DNA of 64,000 nucleotides, taken from IMG/VR virus record IMGVR_UViG_3300017818_000007, positions 117,868 through 181,867 of that record; one strand, written 5' to 3'. Each line of letters begins with the position of its first letter. Within the stretch, counting starts at the first letter, position 1. Of this stretch, positions 29,129 to 38,034 are shown piece after piece. The DNA is from a virus. Both the position numbers and the translations under genes were made by a program. The notes below the pieces were generated by a model that was not told the origin of the DNA, searched no databases, and worked only from the letters and a program-made list of their open reading frames with translations.

Positions 29129-30223
29129 TTAGGATGCCATTGCGGCTTGAACATACTTGCCGTATTTGTCATGAAAACGATCAAAGTTTTTAAGATCCTT
29201 TGGACTGAATGGAAGTTTGTAAGTTGTAATTGCTACCCTTACACCCATCACAACAAGTTCAGTTTCAAAGTTATCCATCATAAATCCAAAGAAGTTATCT
29301 GCCATAGCATTCCACCCTTTTTCTTTACGTTTGAACGCTTCTTGAAGTTCATAGCACATTGAAACAGTTAACGAGTACATAGCACTGATATCTGTAGTCT
29401 CCATGCTTTTCACTTTACCGGACAAGATGTCCGTAGGATTTGGCAGTTTTGAAGCAACCTTACGGTGTGCCGCAAACTTTACTGCCAAGCCTTCACCAAC
29501 GGCGCCTGCCACGAGGTCTGTCAACGTGTTTTCTGACAGGTCATCGTCGAGAAGTTCGCTCACGAAACTCCACGAACGTGGAGTAGCAAATGCACGTGAA
29601 CTGCTCTTAGGATCAAAGTCATATAGATCCTGTTTTGCAAAAGAGCAATAACCAACTACATCTGCGTGAATTTTGTTTTCAGTTGCCCACTGCAACCAAT
29701 CTTCAAAGTCTACTCGCATTTCTAAATGCAAGAAACGGTTAGCCAACGGAGCCGGCATACGATAAGTGACACCTTTATCAGTTTCACGATTACCTGCCGC
29801 TACAATCATTACGTTGTCTGGAAGTTTATAAGTACCAACTCTACGATTAAGAACTAGTTGGTATGCCGCCGCTTGTACTGCCGGCGATGCAGAGTTCATT
29901 TCGTCCATAAACAGAACGATATGTTTAAACTGTTTTGCCATTTCTTCGTCTGGAAGTTCTACTGGCGGTGCCCATTTCATTGTATTATCATTGGCCGCGT
30001 AATAAGGCATACCTTTGATATCTGTTGGATCCCACAATGAAAGTCGAATATCAATTAGATGTGAATCTTCAAAACTGTTAGTAATTTGACTAACAATATC
30101 TGATTTACCAATGCCTGGAGGACCCCATAAAAATACTGGACGGCCTTTAGCCATTGCGTGTTTAAGTGCCACTTTCGCTTCGTTTGGAGTGACTGTACGT
30201 GCTTCTGTTGCTTGTGTTGACAT
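29129..30223 (-). CDS. MoxR-family AAA+ ATPase
   Basis: Walker A GPPGIGKS, Walker B LFMDE, AAGNR, PLANRF, ATPRSW. Confidence 0.9.
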   Translation of the reverse strand: MSTQATEARTVTPNEAKVALKHAMAKGRPVFLWGPPGIGKSDIVSQITNSFEDSHLIDIRLSLWDPTDIKGMPYYAANDNTMKWAPPVELPDEEMAKQFKHIVLFMDEMNSASPAVQAAAYQLVLNRRVGTYKLPDNVMIVAAGNRETDKGVTYRMPAPLANRFLHLEMRVDFEDWLQWATENKIHADVVGYCSFAKQDLYDFDPKSSSRAFATPRSWSFVSELLDDDLSENTLTDLVAGAVGEGLAVKFAAHRKVASKLPNPTDILSGKVKSMETTDISAMYSLTVSMCYELQEAFKRKEKGWNAMADNFFGFMMDNFETELVVMGVRVAITTYKLPFSPKDLKNFDRFHDKYGKYVQAAMAS

Positions 30224-30261
30224 AAGTTTTACCTCTTTGTTTAATTCCTAACTATAAGTAT

Positions 30262-30289
30262 ATAATACACTCATTAGAGGAATTGTCAA
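30262..30289 (-). promoter_or_regulatory. sigma70-type promoter for MoxR
   Basis: TTGACA-16 nt-TATTAT. Confidence 0.6.
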
Positions 30290-30335
30290 CTGTTTTTTAG
30301 GATATTTTGGAAAAAACCTGTCCAAAATGAACAGA

Positions 30336-30719
30336 TTAATCTAATTCTTTAGCCATAGCACGGGCAAGACCGTACTGTTTAATATCTCCGGCAAACATCA
30401 TTAGATTTAATGCCATTTTTTCGCTAAGAACATAAATGCGTTTTTTAGTCACGTAATACGGACAATCAATAAATTCATCTAAGTAAAGAAATACTTGAGG
30501 TGTAAATTGTATATCGTTAGGAAAATGTATTTCGTGTGTTTGTATATCTGCCTCGCTTACTACAAAGTCAAAGCCTTCTTTTGTTAAACGTAAACCGCTA
30601 TCACCTTTTGCTCTGATATTTTGCCACCAAAGCATATGATGTTTTTTAATGCTTTCTTCGTCTGTTTCTTTATCTGCGGCGAAGAGAAATGTTTTAGTGT
30701 ATGCTGTCTTTTTATCCAT
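30336..30719 (-). CDS. Hypothetical protein (127 aa)
   Basis: Intact ORF, TAATG-coupled. Confidence 0.55.
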   Translation of the reverse strand: MDKKTAYTKTFLFAADKETDEESIKKHHMLWWQNIRAKGDSGLRLTKEGFDFVVSEADIQTHEIHFPNDIQFTPQVFLYLDEFIDCPYYVTKKRIYVLSEKMALNLMMFAGDIKQYGLARAMAKELD

Positions 30720-31000
30720 TAAAGAACTTTACCGTTGGTTAATTCTATAACTTTAAACTCGTCTGTATTAAACAGTTTGTTTAATTTTTTTGCTAGATTA
30801 TGAGCGTGTCCTGGATTTGAAAAAGAAACCTTTTTATATTTTGGACCTGGAGTTGGCGAAACTGAATTTGAACTTTTCAAATTAAAAGGTTTGCCTTGAT
30901 AGAATACTGCCCATATAGCATCAGCGGCAAGAACTTCTTCGCTTCTAAATGTATTCTTATCAGTGTACTTTAATAGTACTGTTGGTTTAGGTCTACTCAT
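30719..31000 (-). CDS. Hypothetical protein (93 aa)
   Basis: Intact ORF with AAGGA RBS. Confidence 0.6.
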   Translation of the reverse strand: MSRPKPTVLLKYTDKNTFRSEEVLAADAIWAVFYQGKPFNLKSSNSVSPTPGPKYKKVSFSNPGHAHNLAKKLNKLFNTDEFKVIELTNGKVL

Positions 31001-31043
31001 ATACGCAATTTCCTTTATTAACTACGTATATATTTATCAAAAA

Positions 31044-31265
31044 TTAGAGTTTTCCGCCATCCATTTGTACTGTAATCTCAGGTTCTACAGGCTGTTGATT
31101 ATCCTGTAATTCAACTAAACGTGCCATTACCATGCTAACACTGTCTGCTAGGTCGCGATATTGTTTGGCATCTAGTTTAATGTCTTTTGCAGATGTTCTT
31201 TGTGCTATACGTACAGCCTGTAAGAAGTTTTCTATTGCTAGTGTATTAAGATTGCTTCGAGACAC
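31044..31265 (-). CDS. Hypothetical protein (73 aa)
   Basis: Intact ORF in operon orientation. Confidence 0.5.
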   Translation of the reverse strand: MSRSNLNTLAIENFLQAVRIAQRTSAKDIKLDAKQYRDLADSVSMVMARLVELQDNQQPVEPEITVQMDGGKL

Positions 31266-31716
31266 GGGCCAATGTTTCCTTCATTTCTAAGTCAGTTGTA
31301 AACGGACCTTCAAAGTTGTATCGCTGTAATGTAATAAGTTTAGGACAAAAACTTTTAACCCATCCTTTGTCAAATCTAATACAGTAATAACCTGCACAAT
31401 AAAGGCTTTTAGATTTTCTACTTTTGCTAAACAGTGGTAAACCTTTTTTAACATCATATAGAGGGTTGTAAGGTTTAGTGCTTGTTGGATAGTTATATAC
31501 TTCGTGTTTTTGTTCTTTTTGTTCAATCTTTTTAAATGCTTGTTCAAAGAAGTTGTCGCCAAAAGTTTTATGTACTTCTTCAATATTTTCAAAACGAACT
31601 TTTTCTAAACCTCGAATAAAGTAATAACAATTTGTATCTTTTTGTAGAGTTCCAACTTTACGTCCTCTATCTTGTACAATCCAAAATTTATTAGGCACTA
31701 ACTGTTTTGCTAACAT
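31246..31716 (-). CDS. Hypothetical protein
   Basis: Start moved to ATG 31716, which has a GGAGG RBS. Confidence 0.55.
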   Translation of the reverse strand: MLAKQLVPNKFWIVQDRGRKVGTLQKDTNCYYFIRGLEKVRFENIEEVHKTFGDNFFEQAFKKIEQKEQKHEVYNYPTSTKPYNPLYDVKKGLPLFSKSRKSKSLYCAGYYCIRFDKGWVKSFCPKLITLQRYNFEGPFTTDLEMKETLARVSKQS

Positions 31717-32704
31717 ATTTCCCTCCATATCGTGCATTTAATGGCTCAGCAAACGATTGAGCCTGTTCTGTTATTTTAACAAGATCGTAAGAGCCAGCAA
31801 ACTTAACTAGTCTAATACCAACTTGTTGTACTGCTTCTTTTTGCTGTATTGTTTCAGCAATAGTTGAAGCAATAATCTCTTTAATTTCTGTAGGTTGTGC
31901 AGACAAATCACAGAGTGTGACATTTCTTTCGTAGTCGTCTAATACCCTATGTTCATCGCCATTATGATCAACCCAACGTTGTAGCATAAGATTGTTCCAA
32001 TTATAACCTTTTGCTGTCTTATCCTCGAACGCTTCAAGTAATCCAACTTTGTTCTTTGTACCTTTCTTGCGAACGCCTGGGTAGGCTGAGAATACGTTAT
32101 CACTTGTATCACCTCTCATACATTTTTCAAATAGCAACCATTCGGGATTAGGTGCACCCTTAGGTTCTTTAGTTTTTTTATCTATTATTTCTTTGCCTTT
32201 TTCATCAAAATAGCCTTCGTTTGTAATGGTTGTCTTCATAACACCATTATACTGTTTAACATTAGGTGCAATAAGTTGTGCAAAGTCACCGTCTGTACTA
32301 ATAATAATATGGTTGTCTTCAGGATGACTCTGTATCCAGCCTGCAATCAAATCATCTGCTTCTAGTTGCGGGTGTTGTAATACTGTTGCATTTGTTTTAT
32401 TTTGTAAAAAGTCTTTAAACTCGTCAAATGTTTCCCAGAATATAGTTTCTTCTTCTTGTTGCGAAGGTGTTAAAGCGTCACGTGATTCTTGACGATTACG
32501 TTTATATGGCTCGTAAAAGTCCTTGCGCCAACTACGACCTTCTAGACAAAATACTACGTGATTGCCGTCAAAGTCTTTCCATGCCTTGCGAATACTTTGT
32601 AGAGTTGTATGCAATGCCATACCAATTTTAATTTCAGCATCACCTCTTACGGCGTGCCTAGCACGGAAAAATGTGTTTGCTGTGTCTACAAGTATATAAT
32701 TCAT
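31691..32704 (-). CDS. rnh: T4 RNase H-like 5'-3' exo/flap endonuclease
   Basis: ILVDTAN, LEGRSWRK, EADDLIA, ISTDGDF and GDTSDNV motifs. Confidence 0.85.
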   Translation of the reverse strand: MNYILVDTANTFFRARHAVRGDAEIKIGMALHTTLQSIRKAWKDFDGNHVVFCLEGRSWRKDFYEPYKRNRQESRDALTPSQQEEETIFWETFDEFKDFLQNKTNATVLQHPQLEADDLIAGWIQSHPEDNHIIISTDGDFAQLIAPNVKQYNGVMKTTITNEGYFDEKGKEIIDKKTKEPKGAPNPEWLLFEKCMRGDTSDNVFSAYPGVRKKGTKNKVGLLEAFEDKTAKGYNWNNLMLQRWVDHNGDEHRVLDDYERNVTLCDLSAQPTEIKEIIASTIAETIQQKEAVQQVGIRLVKFAGSYDLVKITEQAQSFAEPLNARYGGKYVSKTVSA

Positions 32705-32713
32705 ATTCTATTC

Positions 32714-33382
32714 CTATACTGTTTTAAGTTGAACTGCTTTGTCTAAATCTTCTAGCGGAGCAAATCCATGATCAAACAAATCAAATGCTATACTAACTCG
32801 TTTGTTGTTTTGTTGATGTTCTGGTACACTATGCAATACATAACTTGAAAACAATGTAAGTCCACCTTTAACATTTTCAAAACCAACTTTAACGTGCTCA
32901 TCTACAGGACAATAGTATATAGTCTGAGTATCATAGTTGTCAAGATGAATATTTCCACTTAGATAAGAAAAGTTTTGAGCACCATGACCGTGTTTAGTAA
33001 TAGGTTGTCCCTTATGAACAACATTTGCCCAACTAAACATATATAAGTTTCTAACTGTGGTACTATTAGTATGCATATATTGTATGTATTGTTCTTTAAT
33101 CCAATGCAACAGGTTCATAAACTGTGGAATGTTTTGTGTAATTTGAAATAAATTATATGCACTGTATTGTGCAGTTAAACTATTTTCCCCCAAACCAGTA
33201 CCGCCATCGCCACCGTCACTGTTTTTCTTTAAAGTTTTAATAAGTTTTTCTTCGTTATCGATTAACCAATTTCTGATAAAATCAATATCTTCTGAATTAG
33301 GATATACAGCATTCCAAAATGGAATATTCCATGTAGGAGCATATTCGTTAATAGGGTGTATGCTTTTCCAAACTTGTAGCAT
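32714..33382 (-). CDS. 2OG-Fe(II) oxygenase-like protein (TIGR02466-like)
   Basis: WANV...HGH...SGNIHL...FSSYVLHSV...RVSIAFD. Confidence 0.65.
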   Translation of the reverse strand: MLQVWKSIHPINEYAPTWNIPFWNAVYPNSEDIDFIRNWLIDNEEKLIKTLKKNSDGGDGGTGLGENSLTAQYSAYNLFQITQNIPQFMNLLHWIKEQYIQYMHTNSTTVRNLYMFSWANVVHKGQPITKHGHGAQNFSYLSGNIHLDNYDTQTIYYCPVDEHVKVGFENVKGGLTLFSSYVLHSVPEHQQNNKRVSIAFDLFDHGFAPLEDLDKAVQLKTV

Positions 33383-33753
33383 TAACTAATCTCCGATTTA
33401 CCGTCACCTAAATCTTTTGTATTGATGTATCCTGCACCCATCTTTGCCTCCACAGATGCAACACCTTCATCACGTGCAATATTTCCGCAAAGTTCTTTAA
33501 ACCAAGCGTCAACAATTTCTTCTTCGCTATCACCTTGATAGCCATTTAGTCTTAAGTCACGAACAAAGTATTCATTCCAGTCAAGTTCAAAAAATCCGTT
33601 GCGTGGATTATCTTTCTTCATTTCAACATTAAGAACTGCTACATATGGCTCTTTCTTTTTAGTTGCCTCTGCTTTTGCATCAGTTCCTTTTTCTTTTGAT
33701 ACAGAAGCAGGTACGTGATTTTTATCAAACATTTTTTTAAGTTTATCTAACAT
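33382..33753 (-). CDS. Hypothetical protein (123 aa)
   Basis: Intact ORF with AGGA RBS. Confidence 0.55.
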   Translation of the reverse strand: MLDKLKKMFDKNHVPASVSKEKGTDAKAEATKKKEPYVAVLNVEMKKDNPRNGFFELDWNEYFVRDLRLNGYQGDSEEEIVDAWFKELCGNIARDEGVASVEAKMGAGYINTKDLGDGKSEIS

Positions 33754-33792
33754 TATAGTCCTGCCTTTCTTGCTTTTTCGTCGAGTGTTTCA

Positions 33793-34686
33793 TCAGGTGC
33801 CCCAGGCGTTGCCGAAGATGTCGACGTGTAGTCTGGGTGTATAGCGCCAACCTCGCTCCATTGCCAATGTTGCGACTCCTCTAGTGTTGAGTTGGTATTC
33901 TTCCGACCTACCCCCAAGCGGCATAACATAGACTGGAACATCGATTCCTTCGCTACGGTACGCTTCAACGGCTTTGGAAACTTCATCCACATCTTCTTTG
34001 GTAGCCACAACAAACTTGAAATACATACTACTATTAGGTACATCGTAGTACTGCCTAGCAATATCAGGCTTGATAGCAGTATCCCAAGGCTCTCCGCTAA
34101 CGGAAAGTTTTGGACTGCACGACCAAGTGATATGAAATGATCTTTCGTTGTCGAGCCACTCTCTGAAATCATCTCTAAGAGTTTGTGTTGTGTTTGTTTC
34201 AAACGTGACATTTTTTAAGTCCTCCATACGAGGGTGTTTAAATAGATCCATGTATAACCTCTGCCACCCTAGCAAAGGTTCACCACCAGTTAAAATAAAA
34301 TGAACATCTTGTCCATTATCCATTGTCCACTTACCTTGTGGAGTAAGACCTAATACATAATCAACTACTTCGTCAACTGTATGGTCTTTCATATATTTTT
34401 TAAATTCAGGATATATACTTGCATACGTATCACAGCCTGTGTGAACAATAGGCAAATCCTCGAACTTATTTATCTTGTCTAAAATACCGTCATCTAGCAA
34501 TGCTTTAACTTCTGGATTATATTTAATACCTTGTTCTAACTTCTCTGCTCTGTTAGGATGCTTGTCTAAACCAAAGTTCATACAACGAAAATTACAACCA
34601 AAGGTACGTAAAAAGACGGAAGGTACACCTACAAAGCGACCTTCTCCTTGCACACTATAAAATGCTTCACTATATCTTAATTTCAT
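33793..34686 (-). CDS. queE: 7-carboxy-7-deazaguanine synthase (radical SAM)
   Basis: FYSVQGEG..VGVPSVFLRTFGC, CDT, TGGEPL, ETN, SPKL, PRLHVDIFGN. Confidence 0.88.
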   Translation of the reverse strand: MKLRYSEAFYSVQGEGRFVGVPSVFLRTFGCNFRCMNFGLDKHPNRAEKLEQGIKYNPEVKALLDDGILDKINKFEDLPIVHTGCDTYASIYPEFKKYMKDHTVDEVVDYVLGLTPQGKWTMDNGQDVHFILTGGEPLLGWQRLYMDLFKHPRMEDLKNVTFETNTTQTLRDDFREWLDNERSFHITWSCSPKLSVSGEPWDTAIKPDIARQYYDVPNSSMYFKFVVATKEDVDEVSKAVEAYRSEGIDVPVYVMPLGGRSEEYQLNTRGVATLAMERGWRYTPRLHVDIFGNAWGT

Positions 34687-34704
34687 TTACAACTCCTATT
34701 ATAT

Positions 34705-34733
34705 ATTATAGTGTTTATTTAGGTTTTTGTCAA
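34705..34733 (-). promoter_or_regulatory. Consensus sigma70 promoter for queE
   Basis: TTGACA-17 nt-TATAAT. Confidence 0.85.
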
Positions 34734-34736
34734 CCA

Positions 34737-35159
34737 TTAACAGCCAGTACTTTCTTCAAACATTTCCATTTGTGTAATATCTTTTTTGGAGTACTTTTGT
34801 TTATTTGGAATGACACCGCGAACACCGCCTGCAGGATCTTCCATATCACCGTCTCGGCGGAAAATTAAATGAACGTGTGGATACATAACTGTTTGTCCCG
34901 CACTTTTGCCCATATTAATACCTATATTGAACCCTGTAATTGGATTAGTTTCAGCATCAACATTCATTTGACCCATATCCATAGCAAACTTAAAACACTT
35001 TAAAATGTTTTCTTGTGTGTTTTCTTTTGGAACAACAAGGGTATGTCCAAGAGTGACAGGATAAATGTCCTCATATACAACGTATTCCTTTGTATCAAAC
35101 ATAACATTGGTCCAAGGTGCTCGACCTTCTTGTTTTGCTTTTTCTAGTGTATCAGTCAT
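34737..35159 (-). CDS. HIT-family nucleotide hydrolase
   Basis: GHTLVVPK, FNIGIN.G..AGQTV.YPHVHLI (Y replaces the first H of the triad). Confidence 0.85.
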   Translation of the reverse strand: MTDTLEKAKQEGRAPWTNVMFDTKEYVVYEDIYPVTLGHTLVVPKENTQENILKCFKFAMDMGQMNVDAETNPITGFNIGINMGKSAGQTVMYPHVHLIFRRDGDMEDPAGGVRGVIPNKQKYSKKDITQMEMFEESTGC

Positions 35160-35168
35160 TTGTTTTCC

Positions 35169-35369
35169 TTATAAACTATACCAATCGGATATTTCTTCCA
35201 ATGCGGCATCCCATGGTTTTATGTCTTTATATTCTTCGTACTTTTTAGTAGCAACCTTCCAACCTAATCTAAAGTGTGTAAAGTAGTTGCCCTTAAAAGC
35301 ACCCTTAGGCTTGGAAAATATCTTTGCTGTACTGTGTGCAAATTTAATTTTCCAAACAAGTTTACTCAC
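35169..35369 (-). CDS. Small hypothetical protein (66 aa)
   Basis: Fills the gap in operon orientation. Confidence 0.45.
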   Translation of the reverse strand: MSKLVWKIKFAHSTAKIFSKPKGAFKGNYFTHFRLGWKVATKKYEEYKDIKPWDAALEEISDWYSL

Positions 35370-35371
35370 AA

Positions 35372-36154
35372 TTAATACTCCTGCTTGTAAAAGTAAACAT
35401 AGTAGCCTTTACCGTTTGTATCACCGCCGTCGTTGTAAATTTCTTCGCCGTTGTAGTAGACTCCGTATATAAGGTCTTCACCATTAGGTGCTTCAGCAAC
35501 TGCAAATTGCAACTTAGTTTCGTCAAACTCTATATCACTTTCGATTACAGTTTCAAAGAACGTGCCTTTTTCTGAACTTACCATTTGACAAATATATTCT
35601 CCCTTTTCGGGATACTTGTTTCCATACTCGTGATCAACTTCAGTAGGCTCACACCAAACATTGTTATCAGGATCAGAATGTTTTTCACTTGTTTCGTTAA
35701 TCCACTCACCAAGTTCTTCACCGTCAACAACTTCTTTAAGATGTTTAGCACTATACTCTGCACTGTCTACTTTATCAATATATAAACGTGCCGCATCGTA
35801 TGTTAGTCCCCACGTATGTTCAAACTCGTCAATTGGTTCATACCAAGTTGCACCAACACTTTCTTCATCGTCATCGTGCATAAACATTGCTTCACGAGGA
35901 ATATCACCGCCGCTAATGTATTCGTATTCACCATCTTCACCTACGTTTTCACGTGTTTGATCTGACGCATTTAAAATATAATGAATTGCATCAGCATCGC
36001 CGTGTTCTTCTACAGTCTTACTCCAAAAATCAAATGCTTCTTTTGAAATACGCATATATGAGCATTCGGATCCATAACCGCTTAACATAATACGATAAAA
36101 GTGTGGGCCTTTAATACGTTCGATTGTTTGTTCTTTTTCTTTAAGTGTTGCCAT
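35372..36154 (-). CDS. Acidic hypothetical protein (260 aa)
   Basis: Intact ORF, TAATG-coupled. Confidence 0.55.
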   Translation of the reverse strand: MATLKEKEQTIERIKGPHFYRIMLSGYGSECSYMRISKEAFDFWSKTVEEHGDADAIHYILNASDQTRENVGEDGEYEYISGGDIPREAMFMHDDDEESVGATWYEPIDEFEHTWGLTYDAARLYIDKVDSAEYSAKHLKEVVDGEELGEWINETSEKHSDPDNNVWCEPTEVDHEYGNKYPEKGEYICQMVSSEKGTFFETVIESDIEFDETKLQFAVAEAPNGEDLIYGVYYNGEEIYNDGGDTNGKGYYVYFYKQEY

Positions 36155-36543
36155 TATACTAATTCCTCTGTAATATACCTTTTGAGTTCTTTATCTTCTA
36201 CATCATTTGGTATATCGTTTTTATAAAAGATTCTATAAGAATCACTACCATACTTGCCAATGCCACATAATTCTGTTGCGTCATTGCCGTCCCAGTCTAG
36301 CCATTGCTGACTCATTTTCCAAATACGTTTAGCACGAACATTTTGCATACCTAATGGTTGTAATACTTCAGCAATCTCATCTACTGTTGAATATAAAAGA
36401 ATACCAGCAGTAGGCCAACGTTCGAAAAACTTAGTGAGTACAGGTTTTGTTTGCCGTCTATCAACTTGGTTAAGACAGATAACACCGACCATGTGTTGCC
36501 AACTGTCTTCAACCTGCTGTTGTACCATTAGGTCGTCTCTCAT
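36154..36543 (-). CDS. MBD4-like HhH-GPD DNA glycosylase
   Basis: W...GVICLNQ, PLGM..VRAKRI..MS, LCGIGKYGSDSYRIF helix-hairpin-helix motif. Confidence 0.78.
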   Translation of the reverse strand: MRDDLMVQQQVEDSWQHMVGVICLNQVDRRQTKPVLTKFFERWPTAGILLYSTVDEIAEVLQPLGMQNVRAKRIWKMSQQWLDWDGNDATELCGIGKYGSDSYRIFYKNDIPNDVEDKELKRYITEELV

Positions 36544-36650
36544 AGTGGTAATTTTCCTGTATAAAGATCAATACTTAAACTAATCATTCCCATAGCAAAA
36601 ACTGTAATAATAAAAAACCTTGCTAAAATTACTGCGATATAATCATGCAT
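36540..36650 (-). CDS. Small membrane protein (36 aa, not in the ORF track)
   Basis: MHDYIAVILARFFIITVFAMGMISLSIDLYTGKLPL; TAATG overlap at the start and ATGA overlap at the end. Confidence 0.6.
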   Translation of the reverse strand: MHDYIAVILARFFIITVFAMGMISLSIDLYTGKLPL

Positions 36651-37207
36651 TAATACAACTCCTCAATTTTATCACAAATTTTTAACTTCTTTGCTTCTTC
36701 TGCACTTAACCAAACGTCTTGTGGCGGAAGAAGAACTTCTTTGATTTTAGCCTCAGTCATACCTAAACATTTTTTATAGTGCTTAATCATACGTTCTGTA
36801 CTAAGTTCAAATTCTCTTACACGAGCATACAGTTCGTGTTCTTTGCCTCTACTACCCCAACTGTACTGATGCGATAGTATGCTTGTATTAGGAGTAAGGA
36901 TACGTTGTCCTTTTTGTCCTGCAATAAAAATTAAAAATCCACAACTTGCAATAAGTCCTAGTCCTACTGTTTTAATAGGTATTGAACTTGATTTCATTAC
37001 ATCAATTAGAGCAAATGCAGAATGTACATCTCCGCCTGGTGAATTGATTACAAGTGTTAGTTGTGGTAGTGGATTATCAGCAAGGTTATGATTCATTACC
37101 CACTTAATTGCTTCCTTGCAAGAAGCAGATGTTATTTGATCCATCAAAAGGTAAACACCGTTTGATTCTATGTTTTGTATTTGTTGTTGTTGTTCTTTTT
37201 TAGCCAT
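36650..37207 (-). CDS. clpP: ClpP-like protease (S14)
   Basis: INSPGG, IASCG (catalytic Ser position), ILSHQ (catalytic His position). Confidence 0.8.
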   Translation of the reverse strand: MAKKEQQQQIQNIESNGVYLLMDQITSASCKEAIKWVMNHNLADNPLPQLTLVINSPGGDVHSAFALIDVMKSSSIPIKTVGLGLIASCGFLIFIAGQKGQRILTPNTSILSHQYSWGSRGKEHELYARVREFELSTERMIKHYKKCLGMTEAKIKEVLLPPQDVWLSAEEAKKLKICDKIEELY

Positions 37208-37745
37208 ATGTTCCTACATTTTCCCACGGATATACTAGCCATACATCCTCTTCTGCTTTGTTTACTTCATCACAAGAGTATGACACACCGTCAAACTCAC
37301 TGCTTAGGTTTTCCGTTAATACTGCGAAACGAACATTACCGCCCCATACCTTATCCCACTTAGAATCGTTTGGTAAGCAACTTGCTTGCCAGTCTTCTTT
37401 AATCCAATTAAATGTAGCACCAGTATCGTTAATATCGTCTACAACAAGAATGTTTTTAGCGGTTGGTCCGCCTGTAGCAACTTTACCGTCATTATAACCG
37501 TATGCATCTTCGCTCATCCAACAGTTAGTTTCTTGATGGCTTTCACCGTCACGTAATGCTACCTTAAGTGCTTCACAACGAATGCCGGTCATGTTTGAAA
37601 TAATAGTAGCAGGTACATTACCACCTCGTGTAATACCTACAATGTAATCAGGCTTCCAGCCATCTTTATACATTTGATTAACAATGCTAACACACATTGT
37701 TTCTACATCTTGCCAAGTATAAAATTTCTTTTTAATTTGCGACAC
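37200..37745 (-). CDS. Type I phosphoribosyltransferase (Gpt/Hpt-like)
   Basis: VGITRGG and the ILVVDDINDTGAT PRPP-binding loop. Confidence 0.85.
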   Translation of the reverse strand: MSQIKKKFYTWQDVETMCVSIVNQMYKDGWKPDYIVGITRGGNVPATIISNMTGIRCEALKVALRDGESHQETNCWMSEDAYGYNDGKVATGGPTAKNILVVDDINDTGATFNWIKEDWQASCLPNDSKWDKVWGGNVRFAVLTENLSSEFDGVSYSCDEVNKAEEDVWLVYPWENVGTYG

Positions 37746-38034
37746 TGAATTCTACCCCCGTAATCTTGTCCCATCTAAAACTACGCCAACCATTTGCGTT
37801 AACGTCCCATACTACACAAACATCTTCACTAATCTTACGTACTTTCTTTTGTGAAGCAGGATCTTCTTTTGTTGCTTCAGGAATGACACCTTCTTTAAGT
37901 GTACAAGTCATAATGCGTTCATCGCCGTTTAGTTTATTAAACTTAACAACTACATTGCCTGAGTGCAACAAGTTCTTTAGCCAATCACGTGTTTGTTGTT
38001 CATTAAACTTTTCAATATTAATGTTCGAGTTCAT
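37732..38034 (-). CDS. WYL_2/DUF2693-like SH3-fold protein
   Basis: F.K.NG.ER.M.CTL...VWDV..NGWRSFRWD. Confidence 0.6.
   Translation of the reverse strand: MNSNINIEKFNEQQTRDWLKNLLHSGNVVVKFNKLNGDERIMTCTLKEGVIPEATKEDPASQKKVRKISEDVCVVWDVNANGWRSFRWDKITGVEFSVAN

Noticed and set aside
33753-34211. 152-aa same-strand ORF overlapping queE in another frame
   Set aside because: No recognisable motifs and almost entirely within queE; only its last 13 codons matter, as the possible frameshifted queE tail
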